From Polyangiales bacterium (GTDB lineage: Bacteria; Myxococcota_A; Polyangia; Polyangiales; Ga0077539), in contig JBGARZ010000003.1 in NCBI GenBank assembly GCA_044229975.1, forward strand, positions 576,001-640,000: DNA of 64,000 nt, read 5' to 3'. The position numbers and the translations under genes were made by a program. Below, piece after piece: positions 46,660-56,474 of this stretch. Numbering within the stretch: position 1 is the stretch's first letter; every line of letters starts with the position of its first letter. The notes under the pieces were generated by a model. It had not been told where the DNA came from and searched no databases. It saw only the letters and a program-made list of their open reading frames with translations.

Positions 46660-48453
46660 CTACGGAGCGAGCGACCACCGCCCCGCGAGCGGCTCCGTCG
46701 ACAGTGACGCGGCGATCGCACGGGCCGCGGCCACTCGTTCCGCCATCGGTCGATCGTCATAGAACGACACGCTCGCTGCGCCCCCGGTGATGGGCTCCAA
46801 CACTTCAGGAGCCGAGTGGATCCGCTCGTCGAGCACGATCGCGACGAGGTGGCGCACCGACGCGCGGGTGAGCGCCTCGAAGGCCCGCGCACCCTCTGGC
46901 GTAAACACGACCCGCACGTACGGACTCCCATCGTCCTCCTGCGTGAGCGCCTCGGCGGACGCGATGTGACGGTTGGTGACGGCGGGCGTCGGTTCGAGCC
47001 GGAGCGCGAAGCACCGTGACTCTGGATGGCGGGAGCTACCGCTGCAGTGGATGCGCGTGACCGCGCCGGGGGCGGACTCGGAGCGGCGTACCACGGGCGC
47101 GAGCGACTCCTCCGTCGGGCCCGCGTACACGGTCGCGTAGGGGCGACCGATGACGCGAATCGCCAGCCCCTCGATGGTCGGACCGTTCGAGGGCATGAGC
47201 GGCTCCTGATCGTCCGAAGCGCGATAGATCGCGAAGTCTCCGCGAGGTAGCAGCGACGCCACGACGGCCCGCGCGTCTCCGTCGACCACGGCCACGCGCA
47301 ACGAGATGCGACCGCCGTTGGCCTCGGCCACCTCGGCGCGGTGGTGCAGCGCGCGCAGCCGTTCGACCAGGCGCGGTGCGTCGATGGAAGCCGTCGCCTC
47401 GTCGCCGCGGAGTGAGACCGTCGTCCACGCGGGCGACGGATCGAAGGACGCGACCACGTGCGACGGGATACGCCCGCCGTGGGAGACCATGCCCGCGGCC
47501 ACGGCAGCGATACAGGCCAACGGGAGGGCGATCGCCGCCGCGAGGCTCGCGCGCGACGGGGCGTAGGGAGAGCGTTGCCGCAGCCAGCGTGCAATGAGGC
47601 CCGCGACCGCGAGACCCGCCGCGAGCTGAAGAGCGAGCGCGACGAAGGCGTGGGCGTGCCCGGCGCGCTCGGCGAGGAGGCTCACGCGCGACGCGGCGTA
47701 GAGCGGCAGCGGGAGCAGGTCGAGCGGAGACAGCGCCTGCACGCCGCGGAAGAAGCGCTGCGGCCACGAGCGCGGCGACCAGCGCCAGAGCGCGACGAGG
47801 AGCGCCATGGTCGGGACGATGGTTCCAACGACGGTGCCGGCGAAATCGAGGGCGGCGTGGTCGCGTGAAGCGGCGCGGCCGTCGGCGTAGAGCGAGGCGG
47901 CGAGCGAGAGCGTGAGTTCGGCGCACACGAGCGCCATCGGGCCGTGCGCGACGTTGGCGCGGGTGATGACGGTCGCGAGCGCCCACACGGCAGCGCCGCT
48001 GAGGGCGAAGAGGGCCATCAGGCCAGCGCGAAAGGCCCACCCAGGTTCGGCGACGAGGCTGATGTACTCGTGCGTGTGCGCGGACTCCAGCCAGATCGCG
48101 GTGCTCAGACCCTGCGTGACCATCATCAGCCCGAAGATGACGGCAGCGCGGCGGTGCCATCGCCGACGGCGTTGTTCGTCGCGGCCGTGGGTCGCGAGCG
48201 CCAGGACGGCACGCACGACGAGCACCGCGCTCAGCGCCGTCCCGACCAGCGACACGATGTGGCCGCGGCAGTACGGAGCGAAGTCAGAGGGCGACCCGAG
48301 GACGAAAGCTCGCGCGGCGTCGCGGTCGACACCCGGTAGCGGCATCGGGATGAAGTTGCCCGCCACCCAGGCGGCGAGCGCGAGCAACGCGGGCCACCAG
48401 CGGCGCGTCAGCGCGGGAGGGTCTTCGAGCGGCGGATCGCGGTAGGCGGTCAT
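46660..48453 (-). CDS. Fusion of a SecY-like N-terminal membrane region and a SecD P1-head-like domain
   Basis: IPMPLPGVD, TQG, LVAEPGWAF, ITRANVAHG (SecY-like); PYVRVVFTPEGA.AF..LT......AIVLD..IHSAPEVLEPITGG (SecD P1). Confidence 0.7.
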   Translation of the reverse strand: MTAYRDPPLEDPPALTRRWWPALLALAAWVAGNFIPMPLPGVDRDAARAFVLGSPSDFAPYCRGHIVSLVGTALSAVLVVRAVLALATHGRDEQRRRRWHRRAAVIFGLMMVTQGLSTAIWLESAHTHEYISLVAEPGWAFRAGLMALFALSGAAVWALATVITRANVAHGPMALVCAELTLSLAASLYADGRAASRDHAALDFAGTVVGTIVPTMALLVALWRWSPRSWPQRFFRGVQALSPLDLLPLPLYAASRVSLLAERAGHAHAFVALALQLAAGLAVAGLIARWLRQRSPYAPSRASLAAAIALPLACIAAVAAGMVSHGGRIPSHVVASFDPSPAWTTVSLRGDEATASIDAPRLVERLRALHHRAEVAEANGGRISLRVAVVDGDARAVVASLLPRGDFAIYRASDDQEPLMPSNGPTIEGLAIRVIGRPYATVYAGPTEESLAPVVRRSESAPGAVTRIHCSGSSRHPESRCFALRLEPTPAVTNRHIASAEALTQEDDGSPYVRVVFTPEGARAFEALTRASVRHLVAIVLDERIHSAPEVLEPITGGAASVSFYDDRPMAERVAAARAIAASLSTEPLAGRWSLAP

Positions 48454-48523
48454 GGTCGAGCGTTCCCCGTCGGCGCGTTCTGCGCAGAGCGGGACTCTAC
48501 AAGAAGGCGATCGTGGCCCGAGA

Positions 48524-49180
48524 TCAGTTCGCGCCTGCGCGGATCCAGTCTTCGACGAGCGCGATCTCGGCCGCGGTGCGCACCGCGAGCCCGTTGTGGT
48601 TGAAGCCGCAGCCGTCGGTGCGACCGCGAAGGATCGCCACGAGTGAGCTCTGCGCCGGGTCGCACGGGGCGACGTGCAGGCAGTTGCGCCCGCGCACGTT
48701 GACGAGGTTGGCGAAGGCCGTCGCGGCGCTGGTCAGCTCGAAGACCTCGCCCGGATTGCCGTGGCATCGGCTGCTGGTGGTGCAGCCCGCGGGGCGCGAA
48801 CTCGAATCGCCCATCACCGTGTCGTAGATCAACTGGAACTGGGGCGACGGAACGCCACCGTCCGCATGTGAACAGGCCGACCCGTCCGCGCTCGCACTGA
48901 CGTCGACGCCACGATCGATCGGCACGTCCATGGGCGTGGTCGCATCCGTGACGCCACTGTCGAAGCCACGATCGCCGGGGACATCCATCACCGTCGGTGC
49001 GTCGATGCTCGCGCGGTCGATGGGCACGTCGACGACACCGGCGTCACTCCCTGCATCCGCCGCGGGAACATCACTCGCGGCGTCATCGACCACCGCCGTC
49101 TCGGCGCAGCCGATGGCCATCACGACCACCATCCAGCGACCCCGCCTCGACCACCCACGCAGACCTCGACCCGTCGACAT
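48524..49180 (-). CDS. Lipoprotein with atypical cytochrome-c-like C-terminal domain
   Basis: MAIGC lipobox, acidic linker, CTTSSRCH, PCDPAQS, EIALVEDWIRAGA. Confidence 0.65.
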   Translation of the reverse strand: MSTGRGLRGWSRRGRWMVVVMAIGCAETAVVDDAASDVPAADAGSDAGVVDVPIDRASIDAPTVMDVPGDRGFDSGVTDATTPMDVPIDRGVDVSASADGSACSHADGGVPSPQFQLIYDTVMGDSSSRPAGCTTSSRCHGNPGEVFELTSAATAFANLVNVRGRNCLHVAPCDPAQSSLVAILRGRTDGCGFNHNGLAVRTAAEIALVEDWIRAGAN

Positions 49181-49330
49181 CGCGATGCTCCTCGTCCGCG
49201 TGCGTGGCCGTCGCCTCCGCGATCCGTCATCGCGCCCTTCGATTCGCCCTCCGCCGCTCACAGTGTAGGCACTCGGCCGTTTTCTTGCGGCACCGCTCCG
49301 CCCGCTGCTACCGGCCCTGCCCAGGGTGCG

Positions 49331-51532
49331 ATGCCGCGCATGAACATGGTCGTGCTCTTCGGTTCGGTTCGGCGCGTCGCGCGGGTCGTCGCCGCGCCCG
49401 CGGTCACCCTCGCCGTGGCCGCGCGCATCGCCGATGGGGCCATGCGGCCCGGAACCATCCACGTCCTCGACGGCGTCGTCGTCGGCGCCGGTGCCGTGGG
49501 CCTCGTGCTGCGGCTCATGCCCATCAAGCGTCGCGCGGTCGACGGCGAGCAACCCCCGCTCGACCTCGGCGCGGCCATCCTCTGCCTCTCGCTCACCTAC
49601 GCGCTCACATCCGTCGGCGGCGGCCTCGCCGGTCCCCTCTCGGCGCTCCCGCTGCTGGTGCTGGCCGCGGCCGTCGCGCTCGGCGCCCCCAGGCGCACCT
49701 GGGTCGTCGTCGTCTGCGCGGTTCTCCTCGAGCTCGCCCTCCACCACGCCGCCTTCCCGGCGCTCGACCCGCGCGACCTCGGACTACGCCTCGCCGTCGT
49801 GCTCGGCAGCGCCGCCATCCACTTCATGCTCACGCGCGCCGAGGTGCTCCGCGTGCGCGCCCACGCCCGCACGCTCCTCCACGACGAGCGCCGACGGCAG
49901 CGCGACTCCGCCCGCTCGCTGCGCCTCGGCGCCACCGCCTCGCAGGCGAGCGCGCGCCCGAAGGGGAGCGAAGAGGCGCGCACCCGCGGCAGCCTCGAAG
50001 AGATCCACGCCTCGCTCGTCGGGCTGCTCAACCTCACGCGGCGGACGATGCAGCTCCGCACCTGCGCGCTGCTCTGGGTCGACGCGAAGGGCCAGCACCT
50101 GCGCCTCGTCGAGGCGGCGACGGACGACGCGATCCAGACCGAGCCCATCCCCTCGGGGGCGGGCGCGCTTGGAGCCGTGATGCAGCTCGGTCGGCCGGTG
50201 GCGCTGTCGAGCCTGCGCCCCGACTACGCGGGCCTGCCGTACTACCCGACGCCGTCGGGTGTGCGGTGCTTCGCGGGCGTCCCCGTGATGGACGACGGCG
50301 CCGTGCGCGGTGTGTTGGCAGCCGACCGCGACGACGACCGGGGCTTCACCGCGGAGGAGCAGGCGACGCTGGAGAGCGTGGCGCTCCAGGCCCGGCGGCT
50401 CATCAACAACGAGCGCGTCTTCGCCCGCCTCGAACGCATCAAGAACGACATGACCGCCCTCTTCGAAGCCTCGCGCGCCCTCGGCGAAGCGATGACCGAA
50501 GACCAGTGCCTCACCGCCCTCGCCCACGCCGCGCAGTCCATCGCGCCGCACGACCTGCTGGTGTTCACGGCCTACGACGCGATCGCCGATCGGCACCGCG
50601 TCCGGCACGTCGCGGGTGAGGCGCCCGCCGGGCTCGCGACGGCGGAGTTCGCCGACAACGGTGGCCTCGTTGCGGCCTCGGTGCGCTCACGCGTCGCGCT
50701 GCCGTACCGCGGTCAGGTCGACCCGAAGACGCAGTTCGTGTTCACCAAGGCGCTGCCCCTGAAGACCATGACCTCGGTGCTGGTGCTGCCCCTCGTGGCG
50801 CGCGACAAGGCCCTCGGAACGCTCACCCTCTGCGCCCAGCGCAAGGGCGCCTTTCCCGAGGCCATCCGTCAGCTCTTCGGCGTGCTCGCCTCGCACGCGT
50901 CGGTGACGCTCGCCAACGCCGCCGCGGTGCGCCGCCTGGAGGAGATGGCCACCACCGACCCGATGACGGGGCACCTCAACAAGCGCGCGCTGGAGACGGA
51001 GTTCGAGCAGCGGCTGCGGGCGGCGGCGCGCTTCGGTCGAACGCTCGGGCTCATCGTGCTCGACATCGACAAGTTCAAGACCGTCAACGACACCTACGGT
51101 CACGCCGTGGGTGACGTGGTCATCAAGGGGCTCGGCGCCGTGCTCGGCCGCTGCCGACGCGAGACGGACATCATCGCGCGCTTCGGCGGCGAGGAGTTCG
51201 TGCTGGTGTGCGAGCAGACCGACGCGGCGGGGACCTTCCTGCTGGCCGAGCGCATCCGCGAAGAGCTTCAGCGCGAGGTGTTTCGCACCGAGCACGGGGC
51301 GCTCAGCGTGACCTGCTCGCTCGGCGTGGCGGCGTTTCCGGGCGACGGCGACACCCGCGGCGGGCTCTTCGAGAAGGCCGACCAGGCCCTCTACGCGGCC
51401 AAGCACGGCGGCCGCAACCAGACCCGCTCGGCCTCGCCGGTGGAGGGCGCTGCGGATGGTGCGCGCAAGGCCGCGGTCAGCACGAGGCGCGCGCCGAAGC
51501 CTTCGTCGTCGAAGGTCGCGAAGTCGGCCTGA
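49331..51532 (+). CDS. Membrane-bound diguanylate cyclase with two GAF domains
   Basis: N-terminal TMs, two GAF-like regions, DIDKFK.VND.YGH, RETD I-site, RFGGEEF. Confidence 0.93.
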   Translation: MPRMNMVVLFGSVRRVARVVAAPAVTLAVAARIADGAMRPGTIHVLDGVVVGAGAVGLVLRLMPIKRRAVDGEQPPLDLGAAILCLSLTYALTSVGGGLAGPLSALPLLVLAAAVALGAPRRTWVVVVCAVLLELALHHAAFPALDPRDLGLRLAVVLGSAAIHFMLTRAEVLRVRAHARTLLHDERRRQRDSARSLRLGATASQASARPKGSEEARTRGSLEEIHASLVGLLNLTRRTMQLRTCALLWVDAKGQHLRLVEAATDDAIQTEPIPSGAGALGAVMQLGRPVALSSLRPDYAGLPYYPTPSGVRCFAGVPVMDDGAVRGVLAADRDDDRGFTAEEQATLESVALQARRLINNERVFARLERIKNDMTALFEASRALGEAMTEDQCLTALAHAAQSIAPHDLLVFTAYDAIADRHRVRHVAGEAPAGLATAEFADNGGLVAASVRSRVALPYRGQVDPKTQFVFTKALPLKTMTSVLVLPLVARDKALGTLTLCAQRKGAFPEAIRQLFGVLASHASVTLANAAAVRRLEEMATTDPMTGHLNKRALETEFEQRLRAAARFGRTLGLIVLDIDKFKTVNDTYGHAVGDVVIKGLGAVLGRCRRETDIIARFGGEEFVLVCEQTDAAGTFLLAERIREELQREVFRTEHGALSVTCSLGVAAFPGDGDTRGGLFEKADQALYAAKHGGRNQTRSASPVEGAADGARKAAVSTRRAPKPSSSKVAKSA

Positions 51533-53911
51533 TCAGAGCGGCGTGAAGCGCACGCGCGTGGTCGGAGTGACGGTGCCGACGTAGTTCACGCCGCGGGGAG
51601 AGGTGACCGAGCGGAAGTCCTGCAGGCCGACCGTGACGTTGGTCGGCGACACCACGGGGGTGCCTCCCGGCGACATGAACGGCGTGTTGAAGACCATGTC
51701 GAGGTAGCCCGCGGACTCGTAGGCGATGAGCTCGTAGGCGAAGGCAGTCGGGTCGAGCGTGCCTTCGGAGCTGTCGTAGAGCTGCGCGCCCGACGACTGC
51801 ACGACGAAGCGACGGTTGGGCGCGGCGCCCTGCACCGCGACGCACACGCCCTGCGAACCCTGCACGAGGTCGATGCCGAAGACGTACGCCGCCGGGAGGG
51901 GCGTTCCGGCCCGCGGGAGAGAGTTGTAGTGGCGCCACGGCATCGTCATGGGGAGGGCCGTGATGTTGGCGTAGTAGTCGCCAAACCCGACCCAGCCGTT
52001 GGAGCTCACGAAGTAGGTGAAGTTCGTCGAGCCCCAGAACTCCACCGGAAACGGCAGGATGCCTCGCTCGATGGCGTCGTCCTGGTTGGCCAGGATGCGC
52101 GTCATCCCGGGCAGCGAACACGCCTCGATCCAATCGACGCCCATGGGGGAGGTGCCAACGCTGTAGCCCGCGAAGGTCGGAAGCGAGCAGCGCCCCGCGA
52201 CGCAGGTACGGCCTCCCGTGCAGACGTTGCCACACGCGCCGCAGTGCTGGTTGTTGGCGACGGGCTCGGTCTCGCACCCGTTGGCCGCGAGGCCGTCGCA
52301 GTCGGCGTAGTTGGGGTTGCAGGTCGTGACGGTGCAGGCGCTCGCCGCGCAGGTTCCCGTCCCGTTGGCAGGCGCGCAGGCACGACCGCAGGCGCCGCAG
52401 TCGGTGCTGCTCGCCCGCACGTCGGTCTCGCAGCCGTTGAGCGCGTTGCCATCACAGTTGCCGAAGCCCGGCAGGCAGGTGATGCCGCACACCCCCGCAG
52501 CGCAGGAGGGCACCGAGTTGGGCCGCGTCGGACACGGCCGACCGCAGCCGCCGCAGTGCGTGATGGACGTGGTGGTGTCGACCTCGCACCCGTTGGCGGC
52601 GACCCCGTCGCAGTTGCCCGCGCCGGTCGAGCACGCCCCGAGCACGCACGCCCCCGCGACGCAGGTCGCCGCGGCCTGCGTGAACGCGCAGCTCCGACCG
52701 CACGCGCCGCAGTGCGCGACGGAGGTGGCGAGCGTCGTCTCGCAGCCGTTGTTGGTGTCACCGTCGCAGTTGTCGAAGCCGGTGTCGCAGCGGCCGATGG
52801 CGCACGCGCCCGCGACACACACCGCCGAGCCGCGGCTGAAGAGGCAGGCGGTGCTGCACAGCCGGCAGTGGTTCGCGTCGCTGAGGAGGTCGACCTCGCA
52901 GCCGTTGGCCGTGTCGCCGTCGCAGTCGCCGCGGCCGGTGGCGCACGCGGTGCGCGTACACACGCCGCCGACACACGCGGCCGTACCCCCGGCGATGGTG
53001 CACGCGCTGGCGCAGCGACCGCAGTGGGTGAGCGACCGGGCGACGTCGGTCTCGCAGCCGTTGGTCGGGTCGCCGTCGCAGTCGCCGTAGCCCATGGCGC
53101 ACGCGTACGAGCACGCCCCGCTCGCGCACGACGCGACGGTGTTGGGCCGCTCGGCGCACGGCCGACCGCAGCCGCCGCAGTGGGCGACCGAGGACTGGGT
53201 GTTGGCCTCGCAGCCGTTGGTGGGGTCGCCGTCGCAGTCGCCGAAGGGCTCGTTGCAGCGACCGACGCCGCAGCGGCTCGCCACACACGCCGGAACACCA
53301 TTGGCCGATGTGCAGAGCGAGCCACACACGCCGCAGTGGTTGGGGTCGGCCGCGGTGTCGACGCAGGCGCCGCCGCAGCAGGTGCGATCGGCGGGGCAGC
53401 CGCGCGCGGCGTCGCAACCGGCCACGCAGGCGCGGTCGAGGCAGCGCGTGCCGACGGGGCACTGGTCGGTGGTGAGACACTGCACGCACGCGTGGGTGGC
53501 CGGGTCGCAGTGCGACGCGGGAGCGCCCGCATCGGGGGCGCCCGCATCGGAGGTCATGGCGAGGCAGGCGTCGTCGTCGCGGCAGCCGGCAGCGCAGGTG
53601 TGATCGGCGGTGCAGTAGCGGCCATCGCCGCAGACATCGCGAGCGACGGTGCAGGCGACGCAGCGGCCTGCGACGGTGTCGCACACGGGGCGCTCGCTCG
53701 ACGCGAGGCCACACTCCTCGTCGTTGGCGCAGACGGTGGTGGCGGCGTCGGGGGTGTCCATGGTTCCGACGACGTCGGTGGTGAGCGTATCGACGACGGA
53801 GGCGTCGACGGGAGCGGCGCCGGGGACGTAGCGGTCCCACTCCCACGAGCAACCGAGGGCGGCGCAGAGCGAGGCGAGCGAAGCGGCGCGGAGGATGATG
53901 GAGTGGCGCAT
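51533..53911 (-). CDS. Cys-rich repeat lipoprotein
   Basis: AALGC lipobox; 7 repeats of CDG...NGCE...C..C...C; C-terminal beta-rich domain. Confidence 0.88.
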   Translation of the reverse strand: MRHSIILRAASLASLCAALGCSWEWDRYVPGAAPVDASVVDTLTTDVVGTMDTPDAATTVCANDEECGLASSERPVCDTVAGRCVACTVARDVCGDGRYCTADHTCAAGCRDDDACLAMTSDAGAPDAGAPASHCDPATHACVQCLTTDQCPVGTRCLDRACVAGCDAARGCPADRTCCGGACVDTAADPNHCGVCGSLCTSANGVPACVASRCGVGRCNEPFGDCDGDPTNGCEANTQSSVAHCGGCGRPCAERPNTVASCASGACSYACAMGYGDCDGDPTNGCETDVARSLTHCGRCASACTIAGGTAACVGGVCTRTACATGRGDCDGDTANGCEVDLLSDANHCRLCSTACLFSRGSAVCVAGACAIGRCDTGFDNCDGDTNNGCETTLATSVAHCGACGRSCAFTQAAATCVAGACVLGACSTGAGNCDGVAANGCEVDTTTSITHCGGCGRPCPTRPNSVPSCAAGVCGITCLPGFGNCDGNALNGCETDVRASSTDCGACGRACAPANGTGTCAASACTVTTCNPNYADCDGLAANGCETEPVANNQHCGACGNVCTGGRTCVAGRCSLPTFAGYSVGTSPMGVDWIEACSLPGMTRILANQDDAIERGILPFPVEFWGSTNFTYFVSSNGWVGFGDYYANITALPMTMPWRHYNSLPRAGTPLPAAYVFGIDLVQGSQGVCVAVQGAAPNRRFVVQSSGAQLYDSSEGTLDPTAFAYELIAYESAGYLDMVFNTPFMSPGGTPVVSPTNVTVGLQDFRSVTSPRGVNYVGTVTPTTRVRFTPL

Positions 53912-54879
53912 CAGAAGGTTCCTCCCACGCCGAGGCTGCGAGGACCGATGGCGACCGAGACGGGCGGCGGCGTCGACGATCGACCGATGGCGAAGAGGGT
54001 GATGGCCGCGGCGGCGCCCGCGATGCCGACGCCGAGCGAGATGTTGGTGAGGAGCTGATAGGTGCGCCCCGCGTCGACCTCGCTTTGCGGGATCGCGGAG
54101 CACGGCGTCACCGGGCAGCGTTGACCGAAGTCGTCGAAGCGACCGCTGGCCAGCACATAGAAGCCCGCGAACCCGGCGAAGCCGACCGCGCCGACGCCAA
54201 CGCCGATCCAGCCGAGCGCGCGGGGCGGACCACGACGCGGGGGTGGCGCAACGGGCGGCGGAGTGTTGACCACGACCGCGGGCGCGGTGACCTCCGGCTC
54301 GGGGAGGCGACGCAGCGCCACGCTCACCGTCGCCTCACGACCGACGGCCACCTCCGCACTGCGCTCTTCGCGCTCGAAGCCAGGCGCCTCGACGACGATG
54401 GCGAGCGCGCCGGGCATCACCGGGATGGCGATGCCGAGCGCCGCAACCGGGATCTCTCGCCCGTTGACGTGCACCGACGCCGTCGCGGGGATGTCCGGGA
54501 TGGTCAGCGTGAGGCGACCGACACGGGCCTCCGCTTGCGAGAGCTCTGCCTGCGCGGCGTCGCGGGTCTGTCGGTACCGCGGGTCTTGCAGCGCGCGGTC
54601 GGCGGCCTCGCGAACAGCGCGTTCGAACTCCGGCACGGCCTCATCGAAGCGGCCGAGCTCGCGCAGACAGCGACCGAGATAGAGCCGGGTGTTGGGCGAT
54701 CCGAAGAGGGCGATGGACGCGCGAAACTCCTCCAACGCGTGGGGATAGTCGTGGGCGTCGTAGAGCGCCGTGCCGCGGGTGAAGCGCTGCTGCGCGAAGG
54801 CCGGGCTCTCCTGCGCCGACGCGACCGAAGGGAGGGAGGCACCGACGAGGGCGGCGAAAACGAAAGGAAGAGTTCGCAT
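53911..54879 (-). CDS. TPR + PEGA-like exported protein
   Basis: Signal peptide, TPR helices, VHVNG...PG...APGF, C-terminal hydrophobic hairpin ending GGTF. Confidence 0.85.
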   Translation of the reverse strand: MRTLPFVFAALVGASLPSVASAQESPAFAQQRFTRGTALYDAHDYPHALEEFRASIALFGSPNTRLYLGRCLRELGRFDEAVPEFERAVREAADRALQDPRYRQTRDAAQAELSQAEARVGRLTLTIPDIPATASVHVNGREIPVAALGIAIPVMPGALAIVVEAPGFEREERSAEVAVGREATVSVALRRLPEPEVTAPAVVVNTPPPVAPPPRRGPPRALGWIGVGVGAVGFAGFAGFYVLASGRFDDFGQRCPVTPCSAIPQSEVDAGRTYQLLTNISLGVGIAGAAAAITLFAIGRSSTPPPVSVAIGPRSLGVGGTF

Positions 54880-54885
54880 GGGAGG

Positions 54886-56415
54886 TCAGATCGATCCGGG
54901 TCGGAACTCCCCCGTGGGAGTGGGGTCGGTCGTGGGTTGGGTGACGCCAGACCCGGGGCGGCGCGGCGGCGGGAGACGACGAACACCAGGCCGCGCGACG
55001 ACGACCGGGCGCGGCGTCTCGACGGGCGCGGCGGGTGGCGGTGGCGGCGGCGCGGCCTCGACCGGAGGCGGCACCACGACGGGCTCGGGCGGCGGTGCGA
55101 GCGGCGGTGCCTCGGGCGGCGCAGCGGGTCGGGCGGCGACGGGACGAGGCGCGGGGCGATCGGCGGGATGGCGAGCCGCGAGCGCGATGCCCGCCACCAG
55201 CAGGAGCAACAGCACCGGCAGGGCGATGAGCGCCCACGATCGGCTGCGCGCCGGGGCTGCGGGCTCGTCCAGTTCGAGCTCTGCTTCCAACTCAACAGGC
55301 GCTGCGGGCGCGAGCGGAGGGGGCAGCGATGACGCGAGGGACAACGAGAGGTCGGTACGGGCGAAGCGAACGGCCGACGGGTTGGTGAGCTCGGCGAGCA
55401 CCAGCGGCTCGCCCTCTCCGATGCGACGAACGAGGTCGCGCCGCGCGGTCAGGGTGGCGCCCTGGAGTTCTTGCACGAGGGCGCTCACGGCGCGGGCGTT
55501 GGCGATCTTGAGCGGAAGGTCTTCGATGGCGTCGGCGAAGGCGGCCGCCGTGGCGAAGCGCGCCTCAGGGTCGCGCGCGATGGCCTTCATCACGATGGGA
55601 TCAAACGCGGGGTCGATGTCGTCGGACACCTCCGACGGGCGCTTCACCTCGGCGCGCAGCACGGCCTCGACGGTCTCCACGTCGGTCTCGCCCCGGAAGA
55701 GCCGCTTGCCGGTGAGCGTCTCCCAGAGCACCACGCCGGCCGCGTAGATGTCCGTGCGGCGGCTCACCGATCCGCCCTCCCCGAGCTGCTCGGGCGCCAT
55801 GTACGAGAGCTTGCCCTTCACCTTCTTCAGCCCGGTGGTGGTGATGCGGGCCTGGGCCTTGGCGATGCCGAAGTCGGTGATGCGCGCGACCCCGTCGACG
55901 CCCACCAGGACGTTCTGCGGCGACACATCACGGTGCACCACCGCGAGCGCGGAGCCGTCGCCGTCGGTGAGCTCGTGCGCCGCGTGCAGTCCCGAGAGCA
56001 GGTCGATGAAGATGCGCGCCGTCACCCCGATGGGGACCCTGCGCGCGCGCCGGCCCGCGGCCTTGATGAGCCCCGAGAGCCGGTCGCCCTCGATGTACTC
56101 CATCACCAGGAAGAGCCGCCCGGCCTCGTCGCCCACGTCGAGGGTGCTCACCACGTTGGGGTGGTGGATCTTCGCCGCCAGCCGCGCCTCGTCGAGGAAC
56201 ATCCCCGCGAACTCCTCATCCGAGCGCAGGTGCGGGTGGCAGACCTTCACGGCCACGACGCGCTCGAAGCCCGCCACGCCCCGCGCCCGCCCGAGAAACA
56301 CCGAGGCCATGCCCCCGCTCGCGATCTCCGTCAGGAGCTCGTAGCGACCGAGCGCGCGAGCGTGCGGGGCAGCGTCTCCGCCCGGCGGCTCCTTGTTGTC
56401 GGCGTCTGACGCCAT
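54886..56415 (-). CDS. Membrane Ser/Thr protein kinase (Hanks type)
   Basis: ASGGMASV, VAVK, HRDVSPQN, DFG, YMAPE; TM and Pro-rich tail. Confidence 0.96.
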   Translation of the reverse strand: MASDADNKEPPGGDAAPHARALGRYELLTEIASGGMASVFLGRARGVAGFERVVAVKVCHPHLRSDEEFAGMFLDEARLAAKIHHPNVVSTLDVGDEAGRLFLVMEYIEGDRLSGLIKAAGRRARRVPIGVTARIFIDLLSGLHAAHELTDGDGSALAVVHRDVSPQNVLVGVDGVARITDFGIAKAQARITTTGLKKVKGKLSYMAPEQLGEGGSVSRRTDIYAAGVVLWETLTGKRLFRGETDVETVEAVLRAEVKRPSEVSDDIDPAFDPIVMKAIARDPEARFATAAAFADAIEDLPLKIANARAVSALVQELQGATLTARRDLVRRIGEGEPLVLAELTNPSAVRFARTDLSLSLASSLPPPLAPAAPVELEAELELDEPAAPARSRSWALIALPVLLLLLVAGIALAARHPADRPAPRPVAARPAAPPEAPPLAPPPEPVVVPPPVEAAPPPPPPAAPVETPRPVVVARPGVRRLPPPRRPGSGVTQPTTDPTPTGEFRPGSI

Positions 56416-56474
56416 GGCCTCGTGATTGTGCGTCCAGCGAAAGCGCCGTCGCAAGCTCCCATCTAGAGAGCCTT

